DNA from: an uncultured delta proteobacterium
GTDB lineage: Bacteria; Desulfobacterota; Syntrophobacteria; Syntrophobacterales; Syntrophobacteraceae
Assembly (NCBI GenBank): GCA_963808625.1
Contig: CAWEHK010000030.1
Coordinates: forward strand, 40,062-104,061
Length of the DNA: 64,000 nt
Direction: 5' to 3'
The notes under the pieces are model-generated. The model saw only the letters and a program-made list of their open reading frames with translations, searched no databases and was not told the DNA's origin. Positions 1 to 10,085 of this stretch are shown here, piece after piece. Within the stretch, counting starts at the first letter, position 1, and each line of letters opens with the position of its first letter. The translations under genes were made by a program, and so were the position numbers.

Positions 1-1001
1 GACTGCCTTCCGCCCGCTCCGGACAGAAGGCGCATTTGTTCCAGTAGCAGCCGGTCGCTGAACTGTAAGGCAGGATGAAGCCCGGAGCAAAATAGGGGGA
101 GTGATGAGTGGTGAGTGATGAGTGGTGGGTGCTGAGTGCTGAGTGCTGAGTGCTGAGTGCTGGGTGGTGAGGGGGTGTGGGGGCGATCCGGAGGCGATTC
201 CCAATGTCCGAAGGTGGCGTTTCGGGAGGGCGAAAGGAGGAAACAAAATTGTAGTTGGGGATGAGCCGTGCCGGCGTGAGATTGCCGGCGCCGGCAAGGT
301 TGAGCAGGGCTTCCTCTCCCGGCCCTGCCACCAGGTGATCCACGAGCCCAAGGAAAGGGTCCTTCCAACCCGGCCGTCTCATCCATGAGGTCACCAGCCC
401 TCCCCCCAGAACGATGGCAACTTTCGGGAATTTGCTCCTCAGAAAACCGACTATCGCGAAGGTGCTGAGAGCCTGGCTGAGATAATTCAGGGATATTCCC
501 ATCAGGGTTGGTTCTTCAGTTTCGCATGAGCGTGCTGAGCCGCTCTTGAAAGTAGGGGAAGAAGGGGTTCTCCGCAGGGTTCTCTGCAGCCTGGATGAGA
601 TCGCTGCTCCTCACCGGGGAGCGTCTTCGATCCTGGTAATTTGCCAGGCTTAGCTGAACGTCATAGGATGGTGCGGACTTCTCAAACACGCGATTCAAGT
701 CTGCCACCGCCCGCTGGTAGCGGTCGAAGCTCTGGTAGGTGTTTAAGTCCCTGAGGCGGCTCAAGTTTTTTGAAAGACCGCGAGCGGCCCGCTGCGTCCA
801 CCGGTCCGCGGCGGTCACCTTATCACCCATGAGACTGAGGAGACCCTCGAGATTCATGTCTATAGCGGTGAATGGTATCTCATGGTGGTGGAGCGCGCCA
901 CCAAGTCTGGCAATGCCGGCTGGGGGTTCACAAGGTTTTGCCACCGGTGGGTAAACCAGAAGGACAGGGCTCTTCCGATGAGGCATCCGTGGTGTCCTCA
1001 T
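1..1001 (-). CDS. B12-binding domain radical SAM protein (runs off window at left; frameshift near 520)
   Basis: N-terminus VLLVYPPVAKPCEPPAGIARL. After a frame change it reads LMGISLNYLSQ...IVLGGGLVTSW...GPGEEAL, then SSATGCYWNKCAFCPE (CxxxCxxC) at about 20-65. Confidence 0.85.
100..170. repeat. Heptamer tandem repeats (TGCTGAG / GTGATGA type) inside the radical SAM CDS
   Basis: gtgatgagtggtgagtgatgagtggtgggtgctgagtgctgagtgctgagtgctgagtgctggg, translated on the minus strand as HHPALSTQHSALSTHHSSLTTHHS. Confidence 0.9.
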
Positions 1002-1208
1002 ACAATCAACAGGGTTGGCAGGAACTTCCCGACGAAGTATCTTGTTTTATGCTAACCTGCTCATTAGAATGCATAACATAAATCATTGTGACTCTCACGG
1101 CTCAACATCGAAGATCCCTAGCGCCAGGGGCTGCCATCCGGTCGTCGTTAGCAGCATGCTGTAAGTCCGACGACGTTGGCGCTTGGACACTGAGGTCAAG
1201 GCCATGAA

Positions 1209-1469
1209 ATGCATTATCGCAAAAACAAGGGAAGCGTCTGCGATATGAAGAAGATGTGGCTGCGAATCAAGGAGCAATACCAGCGGGATGAGCTGCGGCA
1301 ACGACTGGCAGAAATCGGCAGGGTTGAAGACGATCCCGCCGATCCCCGCCGGTTGGTGATCACCTTTCACAATCAGTCGGAAAGCGGCTTGCTCATGGCA
1401 GGCTTTCGCCTCTCCCAGGAGTTCATCGAGTACCTCGACGATTTTGATATGATCCGGGAGGATGGATAG
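1209..1469 (+). CDS. Hypothetical protein (86 aa)
   Basis: Clean ORF with globular-looking composition; no family recognised. Confidence 0.55.
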   Translation: MHYRKNKGSVCDMKKMWLRIKEQYQRDELRQRLAEIGRVEDDPADPRRLVITFHNQSESGLLMAGFRLSQEFIEYLDDFDMIREDG

Positions 1470-1558
1470 CCCGCGTTGGCGGGCAGGGGCGTCCCGCGTT
1501 GCCGCGCGGCAACTGGCCTGCCGCATTTTGGGAAAGGCACCCGGGACGGCACCCCGCT

Positions 1559-1831
1559 TCATTCGGCTGTCGTCGGGTCGATCACCTCACGGACCTCGGC
1601 TACCTTGTTTGCAGGGAAGCCTCCCTGCTGAGCATGCTCGCGAACCATGGCCTCGTTGGGAGCAATGTAGACACAGTAAATCTTGTCGTCGGTAACAAAG
1701 CTCTGTACCCATTGAATCTCCGGCCCCAGCTTCTGCAAGATGCTGCAGGACTTTCCGGAAATGCTCCGGAGCTCCTCTTTGGAAAGCTTGCCGGCTCCTG
1801 GGATTTCGCGTTCTATGACATACTTAGGCAT
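1559..1831 (-). CDS. DUF4242 domain protein
   Basis: MPKYVIEREIPGAG...IQWVQSFVTDDKIYCVYIAPNEAMVREHAQQGGFPANKV; RBS gaggag upstream. Confidence 0.85.
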   Translation of the reverse strand: MPKYVIEREIPGAGKLSKEELRSISGKSCSILQKLGPEIQWVQSFVTDDKIYCVYIAPNEAMVREHAQQGGFPANKVAEVREVIDPTTAE

Positions 1832-2127
1832 GACGGTTCTCCTCTTTCGACTGGTGACATGACCTCGGGGCGGTGCTCCGGCCTTCTGTTTCACGGCATC
1901 CATAGAAGACCGCGTTTTCAAGAGTGGGCAAAAAACCTTGCCCATCGCTCCCCTACCGGTATACTTTTTCCCTTACCGTGAAGCGTCGTTGATTATACCG
2001 ACCGGGATCGTTATCGGCAACGTTTGGCGGAAAAGATCGGCCCCTTGACGGATAACTTTCTTCTCTCTTCGTCTTCGCGGCAATCACTGCAACGGGGCTT
2101 TTTCAGACTTTTTGGCCACCCTTATTT

Positions 2128-2260
2128 AGACACCGAGGTTTCCGCAGGGGGCCTTAATCTGTGGGGCAGGCTTTCCAGCCTGCCTTTTGGCCACTTCGGC
2201 ATGGCAGGCTGGAAAGCCTGCCCCACACGGATTGGAGTTTCACCAAAGTACCGTTGTGCT
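2128..2260. mobile_element. MITE/REPIN-like element, family A (inverted copy of 7901-8032)
   Basis: GTGGGGCAGGCTTTCCAGCCTGCC...GGCAGGCTGGAAAGCCTGCCCCAC doublet plus flanks nearly identical to the reverse complement of 7901-8032. Confidence 0.85.
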
Positions 2261-2272
2261 ACTAAGGTGTGA

Positions 2273-4293
2273 TTACCCCTGCAGGAGCTCCAGGGCACTC
2301 TTGATAAGGTTTTCGGGGGTGAACCCGAATTCCTCCATGAGCGTTTCCCCCGGAGCGGAAGCACCGAAGCCGCTCATCCCGATGACCGCGCCGTTTTCTC
2401 CCACATAGCGTTCCCACCCGAAGGGCAGTCCCGCTTCGATGGCTACGCGCGCTTTCACGTCCCGCGGCAACACCTGGCGCCGGTATTCCGGCGAGGTCTT
2501 TTCAAAAAGCTCCCAACTGGGCATGCTCACCACGCGGACCGCTACGCCTTCCTGCGTCAGACGCCTGCCGGCTTCAAGCGCAACGTGCACCTCCGAGCCC
2601 GAGCCGATCAGAATCAGATCAGGCTTTCCCGCTGCGTCCGCCAGGACATAGGCGCCCTGTGAAAGTCCTTCCGCTGGCGGGTACTGGGAACGGTCCAGGA
2701 CCGGAAGCTTTTGCCGGCTGAGAATCAGCGCCGTCGGGCCGGTGGTTGTCTGCAGGGCCTGGCGCCAGGCCGCGGCGGTTTCGGTGGCATCGGCCGGGCG
2801 GATGACCGTAAGGCCCGGGATCGCCCGCAAGCTCGCCAGGTGTTCGATGGGCTGATGGGTGGGGCCGTCTTCGCCGACGGCAATGCTGTCGTGGGTGAAA
2901 ACATAGATCACGGGGAGTCCCATGAGGCTTGCCAGCCGTATGGATGGCCGCATATAGTCGGCAAACACAAGGAAGGTTGCCCCATAAGGGCGAAGACCTT
3001 TATGCAGGGCCATTCCGGAAAGGATCCCTCCCATCGCGTGCTCCCTGACCCCGAAGCGGATATTGCGGCCGTCGTAGTGGTCTTTTTGGAAGTCATGGGA
3101 ATCGCTGATAAGGGTCTTGGTTGACGGGGCCAGATCGGCGGAACCACCAATGAGGGCGGGAACGTTTTTGGCCAGCGCGTTCAGGACTTTCCCGGAGGCC
3201 TCGCGCGTAGCGATCGGCTGGGGTTCCTGCGAAATCCGGCAGATCGGCGTCCCATCCCGCCGGCAGGATGCCGTCCAGGGCATCCGTGCCATCGCTCGCC
3301 GGCTCCGGAAAGGCCTTGCTCATAGGCCGCCTTTCGTTCCTGCCACGTCCTTTCCGCCGCTTCTCCCTTTGCCGCGCACTTTCTGAAAACCCCGAGCGCT
3401 TCGGCCGGGACGCAGAAAAATGCGTCCTCCGGGCCACCCGAGGTTCTTTTTGGTAAGCCGGGCTTCTTCCGTGCCCAGCGGCTCGCCGTGGGCCGATGCG
3501 CATGCCTTGCTTGTTGGGGCTGCCGAAGGCGATCTGGGTGCGCAGGAGGATCAGAGTGGGCTGACGGGATTGGGCTTTGGCCGCGTCGATGGCGCCGTGG
3601 ATCGCCTCCAGATCGTTGCCGTCAGCGACGGTGAGCACATTCCAGCCATAGGCCTGGAACCGAAGCGCCGACGTCCTCGGTGAAGGCGATGGTCGGTGCT
3701 GCCTTCGATGGAGATCCTGTTGTCATCATAGATGCAGATCAGTTTCGCCAGGCCCAGGTGCCCGGCCAGCGATGCGGCTTCGGCGGTGATCCCTTCCATC
3801 ATATCGCCGTCGCCGCACATCACATACGTGTAGTGGTCGACGATGTCGTGTCCGGGCCGGTTGTAAACGGCCGCCAGGTGCCGTTCGGCCATGGCCATGC
3901 CGACGCGCGTTCGCAAAGCCCTGTCCCAGGGGACCGGTGGTCGTTTCCACGCCGGGGGTATGGCCGTACTCGGGGTGGCCCGGCGTTTTGCTGCCCCACT
4001 GGCGGAAACGCTTTATCTCATCGAGGCTCAGGTCATAACCGGTCAGGTGGAGGAGGCTGTAGAGCAGCATCGAGGCATGACCGCCCGAGAGGACAAACCG
4101 GTCGCGATCGGGCCATTGCGGGTTTTTCGGGTTGTGCTTCAGCGTCCGCGTCCAGAGGATGTAAGCCGCTGACGCCAGGCCCATGGGGGCGCCGGGGTGT
4201 CCCGACTTGGCCTGCTCGATGGCGTCGATGGCGAGGGTGCGGATCGTGTTGATGCAAAGGTCGTCGATGGTGCACCGGTTGTCAGATAACTGC
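2273..4293 (-). CDS. tkt: Transketolase (several frameshifts)
   Basis: [59 protein letters not shown] and GEDGPTHQP motifs spread over 4 ORF fragments. Confidence 0.95.
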
Positions 4294-4318
4294 TCCCCCC
4301 ATGATTGCTCTCCTCTAT

Positions 4319-4405
4319 CTAGTCTCATTCGGAAAGTGCGCCTTATCCGTAGGAGGGTTCCACCCGATCTGGAACCCCTCTAAAATGAGGTTTCCGGATG
4401 GGGCT
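4319..4405. mobile_element. MITE family B (TIR CATCCGGAAA) with internal REP-like palindrome
   Basis: Matches the reverse complement of 8191-8290; ends catTcggaaa ... tttccggatg. Confidence 0.75.
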
Positions 4406-4408
4406 ATT

Positions 4409-4520
4409 TAGCTCGTTTCCATCCCGAAATGCACCGAGTTATTGCCAATCTCGGGCGGACATAAAATCCGCCCCTACGATCGTTTGATTCGAGCAATGGG
4501 TTTCCGGATGAACGCCAGCT
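4409..4520. mobile_element. Second family-B-like MITE carrying GGGCGGACATAAAATCCGCCCCTAC
   Basis: Termini catcccgaaa ... tttccggatg around a CTAC-ended REP-type hairpin. Confidence 0.6.
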
Positions 4521-4569
4521 CGAAACATTGCGATCGTCATTGCATCGCTTCGAAGGTGATTGCTTTGCC

Positions 4570-5855
4570 TTACATCTCTTTGGGCTGGCCGGTTGAAGTC
4601 AGCACGCTGGTCCAGAACTTCCCCTGCGGATCGATTTGTTTTCGCCCGGATACGGCCTGGGCGATGGGCAGATGGGTAAACTCGTTTTTCCAGAAGCCCA
4701 CGACCATGTTCGTGCGGCCGGCCATGCCGGCATGCACGGCGGCATGGCCCAGGAGCAGGCAAAAAGCCGAGTCGCGGGCATTTGCCGGCATGCTCCGAAT
4801 CGTGTAGCTGGGATCGATATACTTCAAACTCACGTCGGTCGCGATCTTCTTGAAATGCTGTTGGATCTGGTCTCGCAGAAAGATGCCGATGTCTCCCAGG
4901 CGTATATTCCCCGACGCATCCCTCGCATCGGTTGCCGCCATCAGGTCCTGCCCGGCCCCCTCTCCGGCGACGATCACGGCGTGGCCTCTCTTCTCGAGCC
5001 TCGTCCTCAGCGCTTCGAGGAAGCCCTCGAGGGTGAAACGGACTTCCGGGATCAGGCAAAAATTGACCACACTGTTGGCGAGGGTGGCATACGCGGCAAT
5101 GAACCCCGATTGGCGGCCCATCAGTTTGACCAGGCCGATGCCGTTCCTGGCCCCGTCGGCCTCGCTCTTGGCCGAGTAAATCGCGGTCCTGGTTTCGGTG
5201 ACCGCCGTATCAAACCCGAACGACTGTTCGACATAACGGATGTCGTTGTCGATCGTCTTCGGGATGCCGATCACCGCGATCTTGAGATTGCGTCGCGCGA
5301 TCTCTTCCGCCATGGCCTGGGCGCCGCGCAGAGTGCCGTCGCCACCAATGGTGAACAGGAGACTGACATTCATGCGTTCGAGGGTGTCGACCATCTCCCC
5401 GACATCCTGGGGACCGCGTGACGACCCCAGGATCGTCCCCCCTTTTTCATGAATGTCGTGGACCGATGCCGGGGTCAGTTCCAGAGGAGGGTGGCCGTAT
5501 CTGGGTGCAAGCCCCTCGTAACCGTAGCGGAAACCAAAGACGGTGCGCACCCCATAGTGATGGAAAAGGCTCAGGACAATCGCCCGAATCGCGTCGTTGA
5601 GGCCGGGGCAGAGCCCTCCGCAGGTGACGATGCCGGCCTTGAGCTTCGAAGGGTCGAAGTAAATCTGCCGCCGCGGTCCGGCTATCTCGAAGCCGGGCGG
5701 CTCCCCCCGGCCTCCAGGCAAGCCTCGATCGACCTCAGGTTCGGGTGATACAGCACGGGCTCGTCGGTGTCCACAAAGTGTACACCGGACATGGGTGATG
5801 GGATGCGGCACTCGCCCAGCTTCGCAACTCCGAAGTCAAGATAACACTCTTCCAT
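4570..5855 (-). CDS. pfkA: ATP-dependent 6-phosphofructokinase (frameshift near 5700)
   Basis: IVTCGGLCPGLND, GGTILGSSRG, IGGDGT, IPKTIDNDI, KLMGRQSGFIA, KYIDPSYTIRS. Confidence 0.93.
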
Positions 5856-5946
5856 AGCGAACTCCGTTTGCTCGGGAAAAAACGGTAGCAACTGATGCAA
5901 CAAGGACACCTATAGCGCAGTGCGCCTGCCGGGGATAGTCTATTTC

Positions 5947-6423
5947 TCAAAGGGGAGGGAGAATTTTTCGGAGTATTGCATATCTTTCCAATTCCGTTAC
6001 CTTGTTCAAGCGCCTTCGATAGCGCTCAAGGCCTTTAAAACGGGCATTGAGAAAGATCTGCACCAGGTCCCACGCAAGGGCGAAGGCGGTTACCCGGCCC
6101 CCGAGGCAGAGCACGTTCATGTCATCATCCTCGACCCCCTGGTGGGCCGAGTACGCATCGGTGATGAGTGCGGCCCGCACACCCGGTACTTTGTTGGCGG
6201 CCACACTCGCTCCCACCCCGCTCCCGCAGACCGCCACTCCGCGGGCAACGTCGCCGCGTGCCACCGCCATGGCCATCGGCACAATGAAATCAGGGTAATC
6301 GTCATCCGGGACCAAAGCGTTGGCCCCAAAATCCACGACTTCAAACCCCGCCGCCTTCAGGAGCTCGACCAGTTGCCCCTTGAGCTCAAATCCCCCATGA
6401 TCCGCCGCGACGCCCACCCGCAT
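5947..6423 (-). CDS. rpiB: Ribose-5-phosphate isomerase B
   Basis: AADHGGFELK, DDYPD, VCGSGVGASVAANKVPGVRAA, DDMNVLCLGGRV. Confidence 0.95.
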   Translation of the reverse strand: MRVGVAADHGGFELKGQLVELLKAAGFEVVDFGANALVPDDDYPDFIVPMAMAVARGDVARGVAVCGSGVGASVAANKVPGVRAALITDAYSAHQGVEDDDMNVLCLGGRVTAFALAWDLVQIFLNARFKGLERYRRRLNKVTELERYAILRKILPPL

Positions 6424-6554
6424 CGTTTTTCTCCCCTCAAGCTGGATGGAGATTACCGCGATGTCATCCTACCTATGGGATGTTTGGAGAATATTTCATC
6501 CTCTTGAATTCACTACCATGAGTGAGCCTGGAAGACAATGCGTTCCTGTGAGGA

Positions 6555-6762
6555 GGGTGTGAACAGAAGTGGGAGTTGGAAATTATGAAAGGCAGGGTCT
6601 CCTGTCCTGGTGGGCACGGTAAAGCCTGCGCCCACCTGACAATTGGGCCACGGCGTAGGGGTGGGGCGCGTCTTTTTGCGCCCACCGAAACCATGCAGGC
6701 TCATTCGCAATCAGGTAATGGTCACATGAGGCCACGGCGAACTCCCACTTCTGACTACACCC
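6555..6762. mobile_element. 208-bp MITE with 23-bp TIRs and 9-bp target-site duplication
   Basis: Left GGGTGTGAACAGAAGTGGGAGTT; right reverse complement GGGTGTAGTCAGAAGTGGGAGTT; flanked by CTGTGAGGA at 6546-6554 and 6763-6771. Confidence 0.9.
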
Positions 6763-6999
6763 CTGTGAGGATGATCACCTGGTGCGGGAAATTTCGGTCT
6801 TTTTGCGGTTGCCGGGTCGAAAATTATCCAGTTTTCCTATGCATTTTGTTTACTCAAAAAATACGGTCTTCACCTACTTGCATCGATGCCAATCGTTCAG
6901 TAAAGTGGTTTCGATAGGTTGACTTCTCGCTCAACCTTCTTGGCAGGGTGGCTAATCATGAAAGGGAGAGATCTTTATCCAAACCAGGGGAGGTGCAAG

Positions 7000-7447
7000 A
7001 TGATGAAGAAGATTGCGTTTTTGAGCCTGTTCACTCTTTTGTTGGTCCTTTCGTTCGTCGTGTTGGCGGAGGCCGCAACCGCCCGCTTCCCGGTAGTGGT
7101 CAAGTGGGATACTGCGGGCCACAGCCAGGTGTCTACGGATATCTTTCTCCTCAACCTGACCGGTGATCCGGTCAGTGTCGACCTGGATCTCTATACGAAG
7201 GATGGAACCAAGTTGACCTGCGGCGTGATGCCTGTCGTCACCATCCCGGCCAACGGTACTCGCCATATTTCGCCGTCAGGGTGCTTCGCGATTGCAATGG
7301 GGGTCGCCCTCGATTTTGAGGGCATCGGACTCATTAAGGAAGGCCCCTCCAAATTCCATTAGCATTTATTGGCGGATTTATGATGAGACCGTGTCCCCTC
7401 ACGAACTGATCGATCACGGCAAGGAAATCCCTGCGGCGAGTCCCTAA
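7000..7447 (+). CDS. Hypothetical secreted protein (probable frameshift near 7340)
   Basis: Signal peptide MMKKIAFLSLFTLLLVLSFVVLAEA, then beta-rich body (TDIFLLNLTGDPVSVDLDLYTKDG); RBS ggagg. Confidence 0.65.
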
Positions 7448-7578
7448 AGTGATGAGAAGGTAATAAGAAATTGCTGTTTCACGTCAGTGGGATAGCACCT
7501 GTTGTGGAAGGTTGCCTCCGCCTGGTGCGATATCAGCCTTCCGTATCCACCAATCGGCTTGAGGAAAAAGGAGAAAAC

Positions 7579-7854
7579 ATGGCTCGCAGAAGACTAATCC
7601 GTGGATTTCAGATTCTTGCAGTGCTGCTGGTGTTTGCCCTTGGGTACCTCTGTGGGACCCTCACCCAACAGAGCGCCAATGCCCAGCTGAAAGAAATTGG
7701 AAAGGGGGCCCTGCAACAGGCCGCACCTTCCGGCGGCGCCGTGGGAAAAGCCGTGGAACTGGGTACGGCAATCACCGACATGCAGCAGCACGTCGATGGC
7801 CTGCAAAAGAACCTCACCACCCTGAAAAGCATTCAGGCAGCTATTGGGGGATAG
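7579..7854 (+). CDS. Hypothetical membrane-anchored or secreted small protein
   Basis: RBS aggag; N-terminal hydrophobic segment; C-terminal coiled-coil-like helix. Confidence 0.7.
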   Translation: MARRRLIRGFQILAVLLVFALGYLCGTLTQQSANAQLKEIGKGALQQAAPSGGAVGKAVELGTAITDMQQHVDGLQKNLTTLKSIQAAIGG

Positions 7855-7900
7855 ACGTTCACGGCACTGCCCGGCGTAGTTCTTCAGGCACTGCCTAATA

Positions 7901-8032
7901 CTACAACGGTACTTTGGTGAAACTCCAATCCGTGTGGGGCAGGCTTTCCAGCCTGCCATGCCGAAGCGGCCAAAAGGCAGGCTGGAAAGCCTGCCCCACA
8001 GAGTAAGGCCCCCTGCGGAAACCTCGTTGTAG
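7901..8032. mobile_element. MITE family A, TIR CTACAACG, flanked by TA (IS630/Tc1-like)
   Basis: ta|ctacaacg ... cgttgtag|ta with an internal REP doublet; second copy at about 2128-2260. Confidence 0.85.
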
Positions 8033-8034
8033 TA

Positions 8035-8190
8035 CCAGTACACATTGGCGTAAGTCCCTGCTCGGTTCCGGTGGGCACAAAGAGCCGTGCCCACCCTACA
8101 CTCTCTCTCGGAGCTTCAAACATTGTTCGGGTGGGCACAGCTCTATCGTGCCCACCAACACCCCAGGAATTTTCGCCCAAGTGTACCCGT
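8035..8190. mobile_element. MITE family C with GTGGGCAC...GTGCCCAC REP doublet
   Basis: Imperfect TIR gtacacattggcg ... cgcccaagtgtac; left half is homologous to the reverse complement of about 41495-41560. Confidence 0.7.
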
Positions 8191-8290
8191 GTCCATCCGG
8201 AAACCCCATTTTGTAGGAGGGGCTTCCAGCCGCGATCGGGGCTGGAAGCCCCTCCTACGGAACAAGGCGCCACTTTCCGGATGAGAACTA
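8191..8290. mobile_element. MITE family B with GTAGGAGGGGCTTCCAGCC...GGCTGGAAGCCCCTCCTAC palindrome
   Basis: TIR catccggaaa ... tttccggatg; homologous to 4319-4405. Confidence 0.8.
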
Positions 8291-8367
8291 GCTCAGGAGG
8301 ATTTTTCAGGGGCCAAAAACCGGGCAACGAAATTGGGGTGATTTTGGCCCTTTTTAGAGGCCCCAAT

Positions 8368-8577
8368 TCAACACTCCTGGTCGATTGATATTCTCAGAAG
8401 CTTGGCCATCGTTATTTTCGCCTCTTCCTTTGTTTCAAAAGACATGGGGGCCAGGACTTCCGCTCCCGGCCCTAAAGTTGCCTTAATTCTCTGGTATTCT
8501 TGATCTGCCTTCGCTCTTGTTGGAAACTCTTCAAGCGCAAAAGCTCCTGCCGCCGAACGGAATGCTATATATTCCAT
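8368..8577 (-). CDS. Hypothetical protein (69 aa)
   Basis: RBS aaggag before MEYIAFRS; no family recognised. Confidence 0.5.
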   Translation of the reverse strand: MEYIAFRSAAGAFALEEFPTRAKADQEYQRIKATLGPGAEVLAPMSFETKEEAKITMAKLLRISIDQEC

Positions 8578-8700
8578 ATTCTTCTCCTTGTTATCCTTAT
8601 TAAAGCAAATAATAATCATCACAGTGGGCTGATGCTCCTGACGAAAAGAAGGTTGTCGATCCTTTATAGGGCTGGGCAAAAGCAACCAGCTATGCCGTTG

Positions 8701-8843
8701 GTTATACCTGTTCAGCTTGAAAAGCTTCTACCTTTAAAGTCACGCAAAGGCGCGGAGATCGCAGAGAAAGGCCTCGGAGAAGGGGTCTCTGCGTTCTCTG
8801 CGGCTCTGCGTGAGAATGAAATATCTAAACCTTCACGGTATGA
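8701..8843. mobile_element. MITE family D (starts GTTATACCTGTT) with 9-nt periodic inverted repeats
   Basis: Colinear homolog at 62569-62710: gttatacctgtt..gaaaag...cacgc..agatcgc.gagaaag...ctctgcgt..tctgcggctc.gcgtga.aatgaaa. Confidence 0.8.
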
Positions 8844-8848
8844 CTGAT

Positions 8849-10067
8849 TCAGTCCGCAGGCGGAAAGGGTGTTTTCCAAATTGACACGAGGATTTGAATG
8901 AAACAAAGGCTTGTCAGAATCGCTAAGATGGCCACCCCGGGTAGCGTGGTGCTCAAAGCTCCGGTAATCATACCGAGAATCGCGAGGATCGCATATAGAG
9001 ATAATACGCGGCGAATAGCCGCTGTCTGCTCAACCGGGTTTGTCGCCAGCAGGATCAAACTGAGGGCGACGACACTAATGCCCACCGAGCAGGATAAAAC
9101 CCAGCCTTCGGTCCCGGGCAAACTCTGCCAGGGGTTCAGGGCGGCCAGATGCTTGACGCCAACGGCGGTGCTGGCAATGCCAAGGACCAGTGGAATATGG
9201 GAGTACAGCCACAATTGGTATCTCCGGATGTGACCCGGCGAGAGGAACGTGAGCGTGGCGGCTCCCCCTGGCACCCTCGAAATATCCCCACCAGAGCGAG
9301 TATGTCATCAGGAGCCCCATGATCCCCACCATCCCCGACACCAAGTCCAGCCCGTGCTTGCCGATTCCCATCACAACGCTTACGACGGCCTCGCCGATGA
9401 CAATAATCGTAAACAACCCGAATCTTTCAGGGAGGTGCATGAGGTGAGGAGGAAATCGGGCATGGAGTTCTCCGGCGGTAAGAGGAGCCAGGAAATCAAC
9501 GATCACGGCAAGGCCCCAAAGCCAGAAACGCCATGGCGCGGCGACGAGCGCCGAAAGGGCCCACAACGATGCGGCCAGACCAAAACCGAGGCAGTAGCGG
9601 TTCGTCAGCGCCCGCACGTGAGGAATGTGTTTGGCCGCGCGCAGATACTCGGCAACGAGCATGAATCTCACGGCTGCGTAGGAGAGAGCAAATCCTGCAG
9701 AGGTATGGCCGAGAGCTTCCGGGGCATGGACCGCGAGGGAGGCCACCGCGATAATTTGGGTCAGGGTCAGGAACCGGCGTCCCACATCGTCGGAATCGAA
9801 ACGCGTGAGGTAGAACGTGTGCCCGGCCCAGGCCCACCACACCGGCACAAACAGTGCCGAAAACTTGAGCGCCCCGAGGGGTGAGTAGTCTTCATTCAGA
9901 CTCGAGGCCAATTGCGAGACCGCACCCACAAACACGAGATCATAAAAAAGCTCAAGCCAGGTCGCATGCCGTTCCTTTTCCTGGTCGTAACCGGAGCGGA
10001 GGGTCGGCGGTTTGAAAATTCGCTTATTCAGCAAGGGCCTGACTCCTTCAAGCCGACCATCCCTCAA
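8849..10067 (-). CDS. ltrA: Low temperature requirement protein A family membrane protein (frameshift near 9270)
   Basis: RHATWLELFYDLVFV, VWWAW, YLTRFDSDD, HLPERFGLFTIIVIGEAV. Confidence 0.9.
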
Positions 10068-10085
10068 CTTGGATTGGGTGACCGA

